Shown here one piece after another: positions 1 through 9,812 of a stretch of 26,922 nucleotides of DNA. The translations under genes and the position numbers were made by a program. The stretch comes from a virus (lineage: Duplodnaviria > Caudoviricetes). The stretch is taken from IMG/VR virus record IMGVR_UViG_3300020045_006138, positions 1-26,922 of that record; one strand, 5' to 3'. Numbering within the stretch: position 1 is the first letter of the stretch; each line of letters opens with the position of its first letter. The notes below the pieces were generated by a model. The model had not been told where the DNA came from. It did not search any database and worked only from the letters and a program-made list of their open reading frames with translations.

Positions 1-1
1 C

Positions 2-727
2 GGGAAGAGTATAGATATTGAAAGAAGATTTGTTAGTTACAAAAAACTAAGGTGCAAAGAACAACCAGCTATTTATAATTCCCTTTTAAAATACGGAACA
101 GACACTCATATTTTTGAAGTAATTGAAGAATGTGAAGTAAATCAGTTAAATCACAAAGAGCGTCATTATCAGGAATTGAATTTTGTATTAGGGCTAAATG
201 GACTTAATTGTGTTCTTACGTCTTGCAAGGATAAAAGCGGTACTATATCTAATGAATCAAAACAAAGAATGTCTGAAGCATGGGTTTTTAGAAACAGCTC
301 GGAAGAAACAAGATTAAAATTAGCTTTGGCTTGGAAAGGCAGAAAACACACTGAAGAGTCTAAAATCAAAATGAGCATGGCTCAAAGAAACAGAAGCGAA
401 TCCACAAGACAAAAATTAAGAATAGCTAATATTGGTAAAAAGATGTCTGTCGAATCTAGAAGCAAAATGAGCTTGTCACGCATAGGTACAAAAATATCTC
501 CAGAAACTAAAATTAAAATGAGCAAAGCTTCGTTGGGGGTTAAAAAATCAAAAGAAGCTTGTGTAAATATGGCTAAAGCAAAAAGTAAATTAGTTTTAGA
601 TATGAATTCAGGCGTTTATTATAATTCTGCAAAAGAAGCTTCTATTTATTTGAATATAAATTGGTGTACGTTAAGGAATAAAATGTCCGGAAACAGAAAA
701 AATGACACAGGTTTAATTTACGTATAA
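2..727 (+). CDS. GIY-YIG homing endonuclease with NUMOD3 repeats and C-terminal NUMOD1-like HTH (5'-truncated by window)
   Basis: Frame is open from base 2 (GKSIDIERRFVSYKKLRCKEQPAIYNSLLKYG...FEVIEEC...KERHYQ), typical of the GIY-YIG domain after the YIG motif. It continues with repeated KHTEESKIKMS/KKMSVESRSKMS/KISPETKIKMS (NUMOD3-like) and GVYYNSAKEASIYLNI. The ORF-track start at 176 is internal. Confidence 0.85.
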   Translation, partial: GKSIDIERRFVSYKKLRCKEQPAIYNSLLKYGTDTHIFEVIEECEVNQLNHKERHYQELNFVLGLNGLNCVLTSCKDKSGTISNESKQRMSEAWVFRNSSEETRLKLALAWKGRKHTEESKIKMSMAQRNRSESTRQKLRIANIGKKMSVESRSKMSLSRIGTKISPETKIKMSKASLGVKKSKEACVNMAKAKSKLVLDMNSGVYYNSAKEASIYLNINWCTLRNKMSGNRKNDTGLIYV

Positions 728-728
728 C

Positions 729-2618
729 ATGGATCAAGAATATTTAATATTGAATCCATTCAAAAGAGGACTAAAACCAATTGAAAACATTACAGTATCT
801 GAATGGGCTGATAAGTATCGATTCTTGTCTTCAGTATCAGCTTCTGAACCTGGGAGGTTTAGAACAGACCGTGTTCCATATATTCGAGAGATTGCGGATA
901 ATCTAAGTAAACAATCTGATGTTTGGAAAGTAATAGTAATGAAAGGTGCGCAATTAGGATTGACCGAGTTAGGTAATAATTGGATTGGAAGCATAATGGA
1001 TATTAATCCAGGACCCACAATTATGGTTATGCCAACTGAGGATGCCGTAAAGAAAAATTCAAGAACAAGGATAACTCCTATGATAAACGCAACGCCTTCT
1101 CTTAAGTCTAAAATTAAGGCCGCAGGAAGTAAAGACGCAAATAACACGATAACTAATAAAGAATTTGATGGTGGTGTGCTTATAATGATAGGTGCAAATA
1201 GTCCGGTAGGTCTTTCAAGCACGCCAGCCGGTAATATTTTTTTAGATGAGTGCGATCGTTATCCTCATTCAGCTGGCGGAGAGGGAAGTCCTTTGGATTT
1301 AGCCGAAGCCAGAGCCTCTACATTTTCAAATAAAAAAATATTTTTAATTTCCACGCCTACAAATGAAGGAGAATCCATCATTGAGGCTGAATTTTTGGAG
1401 GGAGATCAGCGATATTTTAATGTTCCTTGTGTTCATTGTGGAGAAAAATTTGTTCTGAAATTCGAGTATTTGACCTATGATGAAAGTGACCCAGAAACAA
1501 CACGTATGGCGTGCCCAGAGTGTGGCGGGCTTCATGAAGAGAAACACAAAACGTTTATGTTGCTAAATGGGGAATGGATTCCAACCACAAAACCCACTGA
1601 TCCATTGATTAGAAGTTATCATATTTCCAGTTTATATTCTCCAGCCGGATGGCTATCTTGGGTTCAGGTTGTTAGGAAATTTTTAAAAATAAAAGGCGAT
1701 GTAAACAAAGAAAAAACGTTTCAAAACACTGTTCTTGGAAATAGTTATAAAATAAAATCAGACGCACCAGACAGCGAAAATCTCTACAACCGTCGGGAAG
1801 AATATCCAATTGGAACTATTCCAGAAGGCGTTTATTTTTTAACTATGGGCGTGGATGTTCAAGGCGATAGAATCGAAGGCGAAGTGGTCGGGTGGGGTCG
1901 TGGTCGTGAATCTTGGTCAATAGAGTATTTTGTTTTCGTTGGAGATACTTCTAAGCCAGAAGTTTGGGAATTGCTTTCGAATCAAATTACAAAGCAATAT
2001 GAATGCGGATATAATATGATGTCGATAAATTTAACCTGCGTGGATGCTGGTTATAAAACCTCAACTGTTTACGATTTCGTTTCAAAGTTTTCATATTCGA
2101 AAGTAATACCGATAATGGGGCGTGATTCCGTAAAAGATGTTATGGTTTCGCCTCCAAGAGCGTACAACGTCTCAAAAGCAGGTAAAAAAATAGAAGGTCG
2201 TAAAATATGGTATCTTGGAACAGGATTGTTGAAATCTGAATTATATGGATTTCTGAAATTAAAACCTACTGAAATTGAAGGCAAAAACGGAATGTTTGAG
2301 GTTTATCCAGAAGGATATTGTCACTTTCCGCAATATGATAGGTATTATTTTAAGATGCTGACAGCTGAACAACAGGAACAAGTTATAAATAAAAAAGGAT
2401 TTGCAGAATATCAATGGACAAAGAAATCAGGAGCAAGAAACGAGGCGTTAGATGTTAGAAACTACGCCCGTGCCGCTGCTTATATCATCGGAATTGACCG
2501 TTTTAAAACGGATACTTGGGACAAAATCAAAGCACAAAGCACGGTAATTGTTGAAAAATTAAAAGAATCGAAGGCTCCAGAAAAAAAAGAACCCAAAAAA
2601 AGAAGTGGATATTGGTAA
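729..2618 (+). CDS. terL: terminase large subunit, lambda GpA family
   Basis: TVSEWADKYR N-terminus, Walker A-like MKGAQLGLTE, Walker B IFLDECDRY, ISTPT, CxxC pairs (CVHCG, CPECG), nuclease GVDVQ and RNEALD motifs. Confidence 0.96.
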   Translation: MDQEYLILNPFKRGLKPIENITVSEWADKYRFLSSVSASEPGRFRTDRVPYIREIADNLSKQSDVWKVIVMKGAQLGLTELGNNWIGSIMDINPGPTIMVMPTEDAVKKNSRTRITPMINATPSLKSKIKAAGSKDANNTITNKEFDGGVLIMIGANSPVGLSSTPAGNIFLDECDRYPHSAGGEGSPLDLAEARASTFSNKKIFLISTPTNEGESIIEAEFLEGDQRYFNVPCVHCGEKFVLKFEYLTYDESDPETTRMACPECGGLHEEKHKTFMLLNGEWIPTTKPTDPLIRSYHISSLYSPAGWLSWVQVVRKFLKIKGDVNKEKTFQNTVLGNSYKIKSDAPDSENLYNRREEYPIGTIPEGVYFLTMGVDVQGDRIEGEVVGWGRGRESWSIEYFVFVGDTSKPEVWELLSNQITKQYECGYNMMSINLTCVDAGYKTSTVYDFVSKFSYSKVIPIMGRDSVKDVMVSPPRAYNVSKAGKKIEGRKIWYLGTGLLKSELYGFLKLKPTEIEGKNGMFEVYPEGYCHFPQYDRYYFKMLTAEQQEQVINKKGFAEYQWTKKSGARNEALDVRNYARAAAYIIGIDRFKTDTWDKIKAQSTVIVEKLKESKAPEKKEPKKRSGYW

Positions 2619-2649
2619 TATTTATTTGTAATATAAATTTATCAAGGTT

Positions 2650-2670
2650 TTTTATTATATTTACAAAAAT
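2650..2670 (+). promoter_or_regulatory. recurring promoter-like motif TTTTATTATATTTACAAAAAT
   Basis: Identical 21-mer at 12483-12503 and near-identical at 9767-9788; TAnnTTTA variant of the Bacteroidota -7 element; lies just upstream of gpW. Confidence 0.6.
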
Positions 2671-2677
2671 TTTCGTT

Positions 2678-2902
2678 ATGGCTTGTACTCAATATACTTT
2701 AATACAATATCAAACCTTAAGTGATGCTATAGTTTCTGGTGCGTTAGAAGTTCAGTATGGAGATAAAACTGTAAAATATCGCTCATTAGATGAAATGATT
2801 CGTATTCAAACTATGATGAAAAACTGTTTATTTCCAGAACAAAACACGAATAACGGTCGAAAATTTGCCAGTTTTTCGAAAGGAACTAATAGATGCCGAT
2901 AA
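2678..2902 (+). CDS. head-tail joining protein, lambda gpW-like
   Basis: LSDAIVSGALEVQYGDKTVKYRSLDEM motif between terL and portal; start reassigned to ATG 2678 (74 aa). Confidence 0.88.
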   Translation: MACTQYTLIQYQTLSDAIVSGALEVQYGDKTVKYRSLDEMIRIQTMMKNCLFPEQNTNNGRKFASFSKGTNRCR

Positions 2903-2919
2903 TCGATTAAATAAAAAAT

Positions 2920-4431
2920 ATGAACCTATTAGATAAAACAATATCGGCATTTAGTCCAGAATTAGGAGCGAAGAGAGCGAAATTTAGAGCTGTTGAGAAA
3001 ACTATCCAAAACAGCATAAGAGCGTACGAAGGAGCGACTAAATCAAGGCGTGGCGACGGATGGACAGCCTACAACACATCAGAAAATGCAAACAGCGATA
3101 TTCAGAAAAGTTTAAAAACTTTACGAGATCGTTCCGTGGATGGTTATAAAAATAATGCCTCTATTTTTAAGGCAATTAGAACCATTCAAAATAATGTTAT
3201 AGGTACAGGAATTATGCCAACCCCTGTTTCAGTTTCTGGAGAATCCAAACTAACCAAAAACGAAATCCAAAAAATTAAAGACGAATGGAAAGCTTGGGCA
3301 GAATCAGTGGAATGTGATTTTGACGGGTTTTTTACACAATATGGTTTGCAGTCTCTTATTATGCGAAACGTGGCAATGCAGGGTGAAATTTTTATTTTAA
3401 AACGCAGGGATTCTTCCAGCCGACACCCTATTAAATTGCAGGTATTGGCACCGCATATGGTTGACCATACCAAGAATTCGTATATGATTACCGAGCGTGC
3501 AGGAAACTACGTTGTACAAGGCGTAGAATTCAACAGCCAAGGTAAACGTGTTGGATATTGGGTTTTCGACTATAACCCAAACAATGAATATACAATGAAA
3601 TTGGCGCCAAATTTTGTCAGTTCAGATGATATGATTCACGTGTTTTACAAAGAATTTCCAGAACAAGTGCGAGGCGTGCCGTTCGGAACAGCTACAATGT
3701 TATCGATGCGTGATTTAGCCGATTATAAAGACGCTCAATTGATGTTGCAGAAAGTGTCAGCCTGTCACGTAGCGTTTACCACTAAACAGGAATCAGGTGA
3801 CGGGTTGGACGGGTTAGACACGGTAACTGGACAAGAGATTGACAGAATGGAACCGGGTATAATCGAACGTCTTGCTCCAGGTGAAACCGTAACTTTCAAT
3901 AATCCTCCAACGCCTTCAAGTTTTTCAGAATACGTTTCTAAAAATCAGCAAGAAAACGCAGCAGGTTACGGAATTACCTATGAACAATTAACAGGCGATA
4001 TGGGTAACGTGAATTTTTCCAGCGGTCGTATGGGATGGATTGAAGCACAACGACAAATTGAAGACTGGCAGTACAATATGTTTATTCCTCAATTTTGTGA
4101 TAAAATATGGCTTTGGTTTATTGAGGGCTTGAAAATTAAAATGATTCTGAACAAAAATGCTCAAGCCGAATGGACACCACAAGGACGTGAAATGATTGAC
4201 CCAGTTAAAGAAATGAACGGTTTGATTTTAGAATTAAAATCAGGTTTAATTTCTTGGACAGAGGCGTGCAAGCGTAGAGGTTATAATCCAGATACTCTTT
4301 TAGAGCAAATCAAAACTGATAAAGCGATGTTTGAAACTGCAGGAATTAATGTTGAGTGGATAATTCAGGAAGCTGAATTAGATATTGAAGAACTGTCTGC
4401 AAATCAGATAAAAAATCAGGTTAAAAAATAA
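2920..4431 (+). CDS. portal protein, lambda family
   Basis: 503 aa; RAYEGA, LRDRS, EQVRGVP, YEQLTGD-VNFSSGRMG and IDPVKE motifs; follows terL and gpW. Confidence 0.95.
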   Translation: MNLLDKTISAFSPELGAKRAKFRAVEKTIQNSIRAYEGATKSRRGDGWTAYNTSENANSDIQKSLKTLRDRSVDGYKNNASIFKAIRTIQNNVIGTGIMPTPVSVSGESKLTKNEIQKIKDEWKAWAESVECDFDGFFTQYGLQSLIMRNVAMQGEIFILKRRDSSSRHPIKLQVLAPHMVDHTKNSYMITERAGNYVVQGVEFNSQGKRVGYWVFDYNPNNEYTMKLAPNFVSSDDMIHVFYKEFPEQVRGVPFGTATMLSMRDLADYKDAQLMLQKVSACHVAFTTKQESGDGLDGLDTVTGQEIDRMEPGIIERLAPGETVTFNNPPTPSSFSEYVSKNQQENAAGYGITYEQLTGDMGNVNFSSGRMGWIEAQRQIEDWQYNMFIPQFCDKIWLWFIEGLKIKMILNKNAQAEWTPQGREMIDPVKEMNGLILELKSGLISWTEACKRRGYNPDTLLEQIKTDKAMFETAGINVEWIIQEAELDIEELSANQIKNQVKK

Positions 4432-4443
4432 ATTCAAAAATCG

Positions 4444-4472
4444 TTGTATAATTCAAAAAAATTATATATTTG
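4444..4472 (+). promoter_or_regulatory. Bacteroidota-type promoter for the capsid gene
   Basis: TTG (4444-46), 18-nt spacer, TATATTTG (4465-72); overlaps a 10-bp direct repeat AATTCAAAAA (4431, 4450). Confidence 0.6.
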
Positions 4473-4510
4473 TAAAACGTAATAGTGTGATAAAAAACAT
4501 AATCTAAATT

Positions 4511-6508
4511 ATGCCAGAGATAAAAAAAATAGTTAAGCAATTACCGACACAGCGCACCCGTGCTGAATTCAAAGCGGAAAGTTTTAACGAAACAGATAGG
4601 ACTGTTGAGGTTGTTTTTGCAACTGAAACAGCCGTTCGCACATACGACTGGGACGAAGGAATGATAGACGAGGTTCTTGTTTGCGACCCAATGAGCGGAG
4701 ATTTATCCCGTTTAAATTCTGGAGCACCAGCCTTGGATAATCACAACCGCTATGGCAGCACAGCCGAAAACGTTGTGGGTGTCGTTTCAGATGCCCGTTT
4801 CGAAAACGGTGTAGGTGTTGCAAAAATTCGTTTTGGAAACTCAGAAAACGATACTAACTTGATGAACAAAGTTCGTGACAAGATTGTCACTGGCGTATCC
4901 GTTGGGTATAATGTTTACGAATACCAAGTGACCAGAACCGAGGGTAAAAACCCCGTTTACAAAGCCACAAGGTGGGAAGCTACCGAGATTTCATTTACGC
5001 CTGTGCAAGCCGACAGAAATAGCCGTGTTCGTTCAGAGAATGACACTAACGAGGTTACAATAAATGAAGAAATTCCAGTTGTTGAAGAAACTATCGAGGA
5101 AATTCCACAAGAAAATAATATTAATTTAAATACAATAAAAATGACTGAAGAGGAAAAAGCTGCTTTGGAATTGGCTAACAAGGCCAAGGAAACGGCAACA
5201 CGTTCAGCAGCTGCAACTGAAGAGCGTGCTAGAATTAAAGGTATTTCAGCACATTGCCGAGCGTTAGGCTTGCCGCAATCAGTTGCCGATGCTTTAATCG
5301 AAGAAAATATAGACCTTGCAACCGCTGGACAGCGCGCATTGGTCGAATGGGAAAAATTGCAACCAGTAAACCCAAATCAATCTGTACAACAAGTACAAGA
5401 TGATGCAGACAAAACACGTTCAGCAATGACCAACGCATTAGTGTTGAGAATTACACCAAACGCTTCAACTGTTATGGGTGAAGAAAATGTGAGAGCTGCT
5501 CAAGAGTTCAGAGGGATGTCTTTATTGAGACTTGCCGAGGAATCATTGACACGTTCTGGTGTTTCTGTTCGTGGTTTATCTTCAAGAGAAATTGCCAAAG
5601 GCGCTTTGGGTGCAAAAGTTCGTGGAGCGCACCACACAAGTGACTTCCCGTTATTATTGGTAGATTCGTTTACCAGAACTTTGAGAGCGCAATATGCATT
5701 GTACCCACGTACATTCGAAGCTTGGGCCAGACGTTCCACAATGCCAGATTTTAGAGAGATTACAAGAGTTCAGTTGTCTGGATTGATTGGTAATTTTGAC
5801 GAAGTTCAAGAGCTTGGAGAATACAAAGCCGGTACTTTGTCCGAAGCCTCAGAAAAATACAAACTTGCCAAATTTGGTAAAATTGTAGGTATTTCTTGGG
5901 AAGCCATCATTAATGATGATTTGAGCGCATTCACTAGAATTCCTCAAGCATTCGCAATGAAAGCCGCTCAGAAACAATCTGACTTGGTTTACGGAATTAT
6001 GACTGGAAACCCAACAATGGGAGATACTGTCGCTTTATGGAATGTTGCTACTCACAAAAATTACACCTCAACAGGTACAGCATTAAGCGAAGCTTCTTTG
6101 GATGTTGCTTATCAATTATTTAGAACTCAAAAATCAATTGAAGGCGACTTCTTAAATTTGGCTCCTAAATTTTTGATTGTTGGCCCGAAAAATGAATTGA
6201 TAGCCAGAAAATTGACTTCCACTAATTATACGCCTGCTAAGCAGACCGATATTTCTGTGGCCGCATTGACTGGATTGCAATTGATTGTTGAGCCACGTAT
6301 CACTGACTATGCTTGGTTCTTGGTTGCTGATCCTGCAATGATTGACACTGTGGAATATGCGTTCCTTGATGGTGAAGAAGAATTGTTCATCGAACAAAAA
6401 GAAGGCTTCGACGTTGACGCATTGCAAATCAAAGCGAGAATGGTGTTTGGAACTAAAGCAATTGACTTCCGTGGAATGTACAAAAATGCAGGTGCTGCAC
6501 CAGCATAG
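4511..6508 (+). CDS. fused prohead protease / scaffold / major capsid protein (HK97-type protease + Mu gpT-like capsid)
   Basis: N-terminal LDNH and GVSVGY...EISFTPVQAD protease motifs; acidic linker; helical EERARI region; C-terminal HHTSDFPLLL...AIINDDL...IDFRGMYKN capsid. Confidence 0.92.
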   Translation: MPEIKKIVKQLPTQRTRAEFKAESFNETDRTVEVVFATETAVRTYDWDEGMIDEVLVCDPMSGDLSRLNSGAPALDNHNRYGSTAENVVGVVSDARFENGVGVAKIRFGNSENDTNLMNKVRDKIVTGVSVGYNVYEYQVTRTEGKNPVYKATRWEATEISFTPVQADRNSRVRSENDTNEVTINEEIPVVEETIEEIPQENNINLNTIKMTEEEKAALELANKAKETATRSAAATEERARIKGISAHCRALGLPQSVADALIEENIDLATAGQRALVEWEKLQPVNPNQSVQQVQDDADKTRSAMTNALVLRITPNASTVMGEENVRAAQEFRGMSLLRLAEESLTRSGVSVRGLSSREIAKGALGAKVRGAHHTSDFPLLLVDSFTRTLRAQYALYPRTFEAWARRSTMPDFREITRVQLSGLIGNFDEVQELGEYKAGTLSEASEKYKLAKFGKIVGISWEAIINDDLSAFTRIPQAFAMKAAQKQSDLVYGIMTGNPTMGDTVALWNVATHKNYTSTGTALSEASLDVAYQLFRTQKSIEGDFLNLAPKFLIVGPKNELIARKLTSTNYTPAKQTDISVAALTGLQLIVEPRITDYAWFLVADPAMIDTVEYAFLDGEEELFIEQKEGFDVDALQIKARMVFGTKAIDFRGMYKNAGAAPA

Positions 6509-6517
6509 AGAAAATAA

Positions 6518-6547
6518 TTTGAGAGCGGTTTAATTATCGCTCTCAAA
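6518..6547 (+). terminator. stem-loop after capsid gene (weak terminator or mRNA 3' stabiliser)
   Basis: TTTGAGAGCGGT-TTAATT-ATCGCTCTCAAA, 12-bp stem with one G-U pair, no long U tract. Confidence 0.65.
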
Positions 6548-6583
6548 ATTTCAAACGAGTAAATTAATTTTAAAATATATAAA

Positions 6584-6898
6584 ATGAAAAATTACATTCA
6601 AAAAGGATGCACAATAGAGGTTGTGGCTGGTGGTGATGTTGCTTCTGGTTCAATTGTAACTGTTGGCGCAACTGCTGGAGTTTCAGCAGGAAACTATGTT
6701 TCTGGCGATACCGTGGTAGTGAATTTAGACGGTGTTTACGCTGTTGCTAAAGATGCTTCGGTTTTTGCCCAAGGCGCAAAAGTGTATATCGCTGCTGGAG
6801 CTGCTACTTCAACAGTATCAACAAACGTTTTCTTGGGTTACGCCCACGCTGCTGCCTTGACAGGTGATGCAACTGTAAACGTTCTTTTAGCGCGATGA
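6584..6898 (+). CDS. DUF2190-family capsid cement/decoration protein
   Basis: MKNYIQKG...SGSIVTVG...GVYAVAK...VNVLL; 104 aa directly after the capsid gene. Confidence 0.88.
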   Translation: MKNYIQKGCTIEVVAGGDVASGSIVTVGATAGVSAGNYVSGDTVVVNLDGVYAVAKDASVFAQGAKVYIAAGAATSTVSTNVFLGYAHAAALTGDATVNVLLAR

Positions 6899-7239
6899 AT
6901 ATTTTTGACTCACTTAAAAAACAGGCGTTCGATGTTGTAACTGACGTTATGGGATACAATGCCACGTGGTTAAGTGAGTCAAATTCATTTACTGCAAGAG
7001 TTGGTTTCAAAGACCCGTCCGAAAAGCAGGAACTTTCAGGAATTGATAGCTGGAATCCAGACGAACCGTTTATGGAATATCGAGTTGGTTTCTTTGAAAA
7101 CTTGAAAACGAGAGTTGACACAGGAAATTTGGAACACGTCACAATTGAAGGTATCGGTTATTTTGCCGTTGTCGAAATTAAGACGAAATACGATGGTGAA
7201 ACATTCGTAGCAAGATTACGTCACGCAATACCTGAATAA
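6895..7239 (+). CDS. head-tail joining/closure protein
   Basis: Position and size (114 aa), beta-rich C-terminus (YFAVVEIKTKYDGETFVARL); ATGA overlap with previous gene. Confidence 0.65.
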   Translation: MNIFDSLKKQAFDVVTDVMGYNATWLSESNSFTARVGFKDPSEKQELSGIDSWNPDEPFMEYRVGFFENLKTRVDTGNLEHVTIEGIGYFAVVEIKTKYDGETFVARLRHAIPE

Positions 7240-7241
7240 AA

Positions 7242-7757
7242 ATGAATTACGAAAACTTGGAAACCGAAATCGTGGCAAGATTAACACCGTTTGTAACAGT
7301 CGGAATCGCAGTTGAAAAACTCCCTGAATTGGAGGCTGACCGAAGCAAGCCATTGCCTACAAAAGCAAGGTTTACCGTAATTTATGCCGGTTCCGAATAT
7401 GGAAGTTCTTTGAGTACCGCTCAGATTTCACAAGAAGAAAAGATTTTTATTCAAGTTTTAATTGAAAGTACATTTTTGCGTGGTACACTTGGAGTTTATA
7501 ATTTAGCCAGCGTCTTGAAAAAAGCCCTTACTGGTTTTCAGCCTTCAGGATGTAGACGAATTCAAGTCACAAAACATCATACAATTGGAGGCGAAAACGC
7601 TGAAAAAATAAACAATTTGTGGAATTACAATGTTATTTTTCAGACAACAGCAGTTCACGTTGAAGACTTTGAAGAAGACTTAACTTGGGTTCTTGAAAAA
7701 ATTACACTTATTGATCGTCCGGATGGAGAAATCAATATTATCGAAATTACCGAATAA
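7242..7757 (+). CDS. Mu Gp37-like tail completion/terminator protein
   Basis: IVARL, VIYAGSEY, LKKALTGFQP, LWNYNVIF motifs; directly upstream of sheath. Confidence 0.75.
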   Translation: MNYENLETEIVARLTPFVTVGIAVEKLPELEADRSKPLPTKARFTVIYAGSEYGSSLSTAQISQEEKIFIQVLIESTFLRGTLGVYNLASVLKKALTGFQPSGCRRIQVTKHHTIGGENAEKINNLWNYNVIFQTTAVHVEDFEEDLTWVLEKITLIDRPDGEINIIEITE

Positions 7758-7778
7758 TTTAATTAATTAAAAAATAAT

Positions 7779-9191
7779 ATGGCCGCAAATTATCTACACG
7801 GTGTTGAAACCATAGAAGTTGACCAAGGCGCAAGACCTGTACAGGTAGTGAAGTCTTCGGTCATTGCATTGGTTGGACTTGCTCCAATTGGCACAAAAAA
7901 CGAGCCTATTTTGGTTTTATCACCAAACGATGCTACTCAATTCGGGCAACAATTGCCAGGATTCACTATTCCACAGGCTTTGGATGCTATTTTTAAACAA
8001 GGGCCAGCAACGGTAATTGTTGTAAATACGTTCGATTCTGTTACGAATACTGAACAAATTACTCTGGAATCACATACGATTACAGGTGGTAAATTAAAAT
8101 TGTCTGCCGCTCCAATCGGTGCGGTTACGGTATTTTTAACCGATGGCACCACACCGTTTACAGGTGTTTCTGGAACTGATTACAATATTGATGCTTTCGG
8201 TAATTTTACAGCATTGTCTGCTATTGCTGCTGAAAATTTAGTATTGAAATTCACTTTCAAAATATTTGATTCCGGAACCGTTACTTCTTCACAAATTATT
8301 GGAACAAATACGGCTGGAGTTCGTACAGGATCAAAATGTTTAGAATTGGTTTTCAATACTTTTGGATTTACTCCAAAAATCTTGATTGCTCCAGTTTATA
8401 TTGAATTAGTCGCAGTTGCAACTGAATGGATTGCGTTGGCTGAAAAATACCGTGCCATTGCACTTATTGATGCTCCTGTAACAACTACGGTATCACAAGC
8501 AATTGCAGGACGTGGTCCAGCGAGTACAATCAACTTCAAAACATCGAGTTACAGAGCGTATTTGTTATGCCCTCACTTGAAAGTTTATGATGCTGATTCA
8601 GATTCGAATGTAAATGCTCCTTACAGTCAGTTTATGGCTGGGGTTATGGCAAATGTAGATTTGAACGAGGGATATTGGGTTTCTCCATCGAATCACGAAA
8701 TCTTAGGAATTGTAGGTACTGAATATGTTGTAACCGCTTCGGTAAATGACGCTTCAACAGAGGCTAATTTATTGAATGAAAAAGGAATTACAACTACTTT
8801 CACAGGTTATGGAACTGGAACAAGAACATGGGGTAACCGTTCGGCTGCATTTCCTGTAAACACAGATCCAAAAAACTTTATCCCTATTCGTAGAATTGCC
8901 GATATTGTTCACGAATCATTGGAACAAGCTATGTTGCCGTTTATTGACAAGCCAGTAAATCAAGCCACGATTGATGCGATTAGAGATACTGGAAATGGTT
9001 TCTTTAGAACTTTAATCGGGCGTGGAGCTTGTTTATCAGGTTCAAAATGCGTTTATTCTGCTGATAATACAGCTAATGAGTTGGCACTTGGACACGTTAT
9101 TTTTGATCTTGTGTTTATGGGACCAACGCCAGCCGAAAGAATCACGTTTAAATCATATTTGGACGTGAATTTATTAACTCAAATCGTTTAA
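7779..9191 (+). CDS. contractile tail sheath protein (P2 FI-like)
   Basis: YLHGVETIEV, SVIALVG, GYWVSPSN, RTWGNRS, FIPIRRIAD, PTPAERITF. Confidence 0.96.
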   Translation: MAANYLHGVETIEVDQGARPVQVVKSSVIALVGLAPIGTKNEPILVLSPNDATQFGQQLPGFTIPQALDAIFKQGPATVIVVNTFDSVTNTEQITLESHTITGGKLKLSAAPIGAVTVFLTDGTTPFTGVSGTDYNIDAFGNFTALSAIAAENLVLKFTFKIFDSGTVTSSQIIGTNTAGVRTGSKCLELVFNTFGFTPKILIAPVYIELVAVATEWIALAEKYRAIALIDAPVTTTVSQAIAGRGPASTINFKTSSYRAYLLCPHLKVYDADSDSNVNAPYSQFMAGVMANVDLNEGYWVSPSNHEILGIVGTEYVVTASVNDASTEANLLNEKGITTTFTGYGTGTRTWGNRSAAFPVNTDPKNFIPIRRIADIVHESLEQAMLPFIDKPVNQATIDAIRDTGNGFFRTLIGRGACLSGSKCVYSADNTANELALGHVIFDLVFMGPTPAERITFKSYLDVNLLTQIV

Positions 9192-9195
9192 TCAG

Positions 9196-9717
9196 ATGCC
9201 ACAAATACAAGTAAATAGATTGACCAACGCCAACGTTTACGTTGATGGTCAATCGCAGTTAGGAAAAGCCGAAGAGGTTAATTTGCCAGACATTACGTTT
9301 ATGCTTTCAGAGCACAAGGCACTTGGAATGATTGGTAAATTTGAGTTGTTTTCCGGAATTGATAAATTGGAGGCAACAATAAAATGGAATGCATTTTACG
9401 CAGACGTTTTGAAAAAATTTGCAGACCCACGAAAAGCAATGAAATTGCAAATTCGTTCCAGTTTGGAAACACACGATTCCAACGGCTTAGTTGCCGAAGT
9501 TCCGTGTGTAGCGTATTTGACCGTTCAGGCGAAAAACTTCCCTGCTGGAAATTACAAGCAACACGACAACGTTGAGGCGACAAGTAAATTGACCTGTACG
9601 GCTTACAAGTTGGAGATTGACGGGGCAGAAGTAATTGATTACGATGCTTTGGCAAACATTTATTCAGTAGATGGAGTTGATATTTTTGCCACTTATCGTG
9701 CGAACATAGGAGGTTAA
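9196..9717 (+). CDS. major tail tube protein (P2 FII-like)
   Basis: NANVYVDG...GKAEEVNLP...GIDKLEA...YKLEIDG...VDGVD; follows sheath. Confidence 0.93.
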   Translation: MPQIQVNRLTNANVYVDGQSQLGKAEEVNLPDITFMLSEHKALGMIGKFELFSGIDKLEATIKWNAFYADVLKKFADPRKAMKLQIRSSLETHDSNGLVAEVPCVAYLTVQAKNFPAGNYKQHDNVEATSKLTCTAYKLEIDGAEVIDYDALANIYSVDGVDIFATYRANIGG

Positions 9718-9739
9718 TTAATTAAAAGAAAGGAGAATT

Positions 9740-9770
9740 AAACCGATACGTAATTGTATCGGTTTTTTTT
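9740..9770 (+). terminator. intrinsic terminator
   Basis: AAACCGATAC-GTAATT-GTATCGGTTT followed by T tract. Confidence 0.85.
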
Positions 9771-9788
9771 ATTATATTTACGAAAAAT
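9767..9788 (+). promoter_or_regulatory. recurring promoter-like motif TTTTATTATATTTACGAAAAAT
   Basis: Near-copy of the 2650/12483 motif, fused to the terminator T tract. Confidence 0.55.
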
Positions 9789-9812
9789 AATTTAATTTAA
9801 AACTTATCAAAA

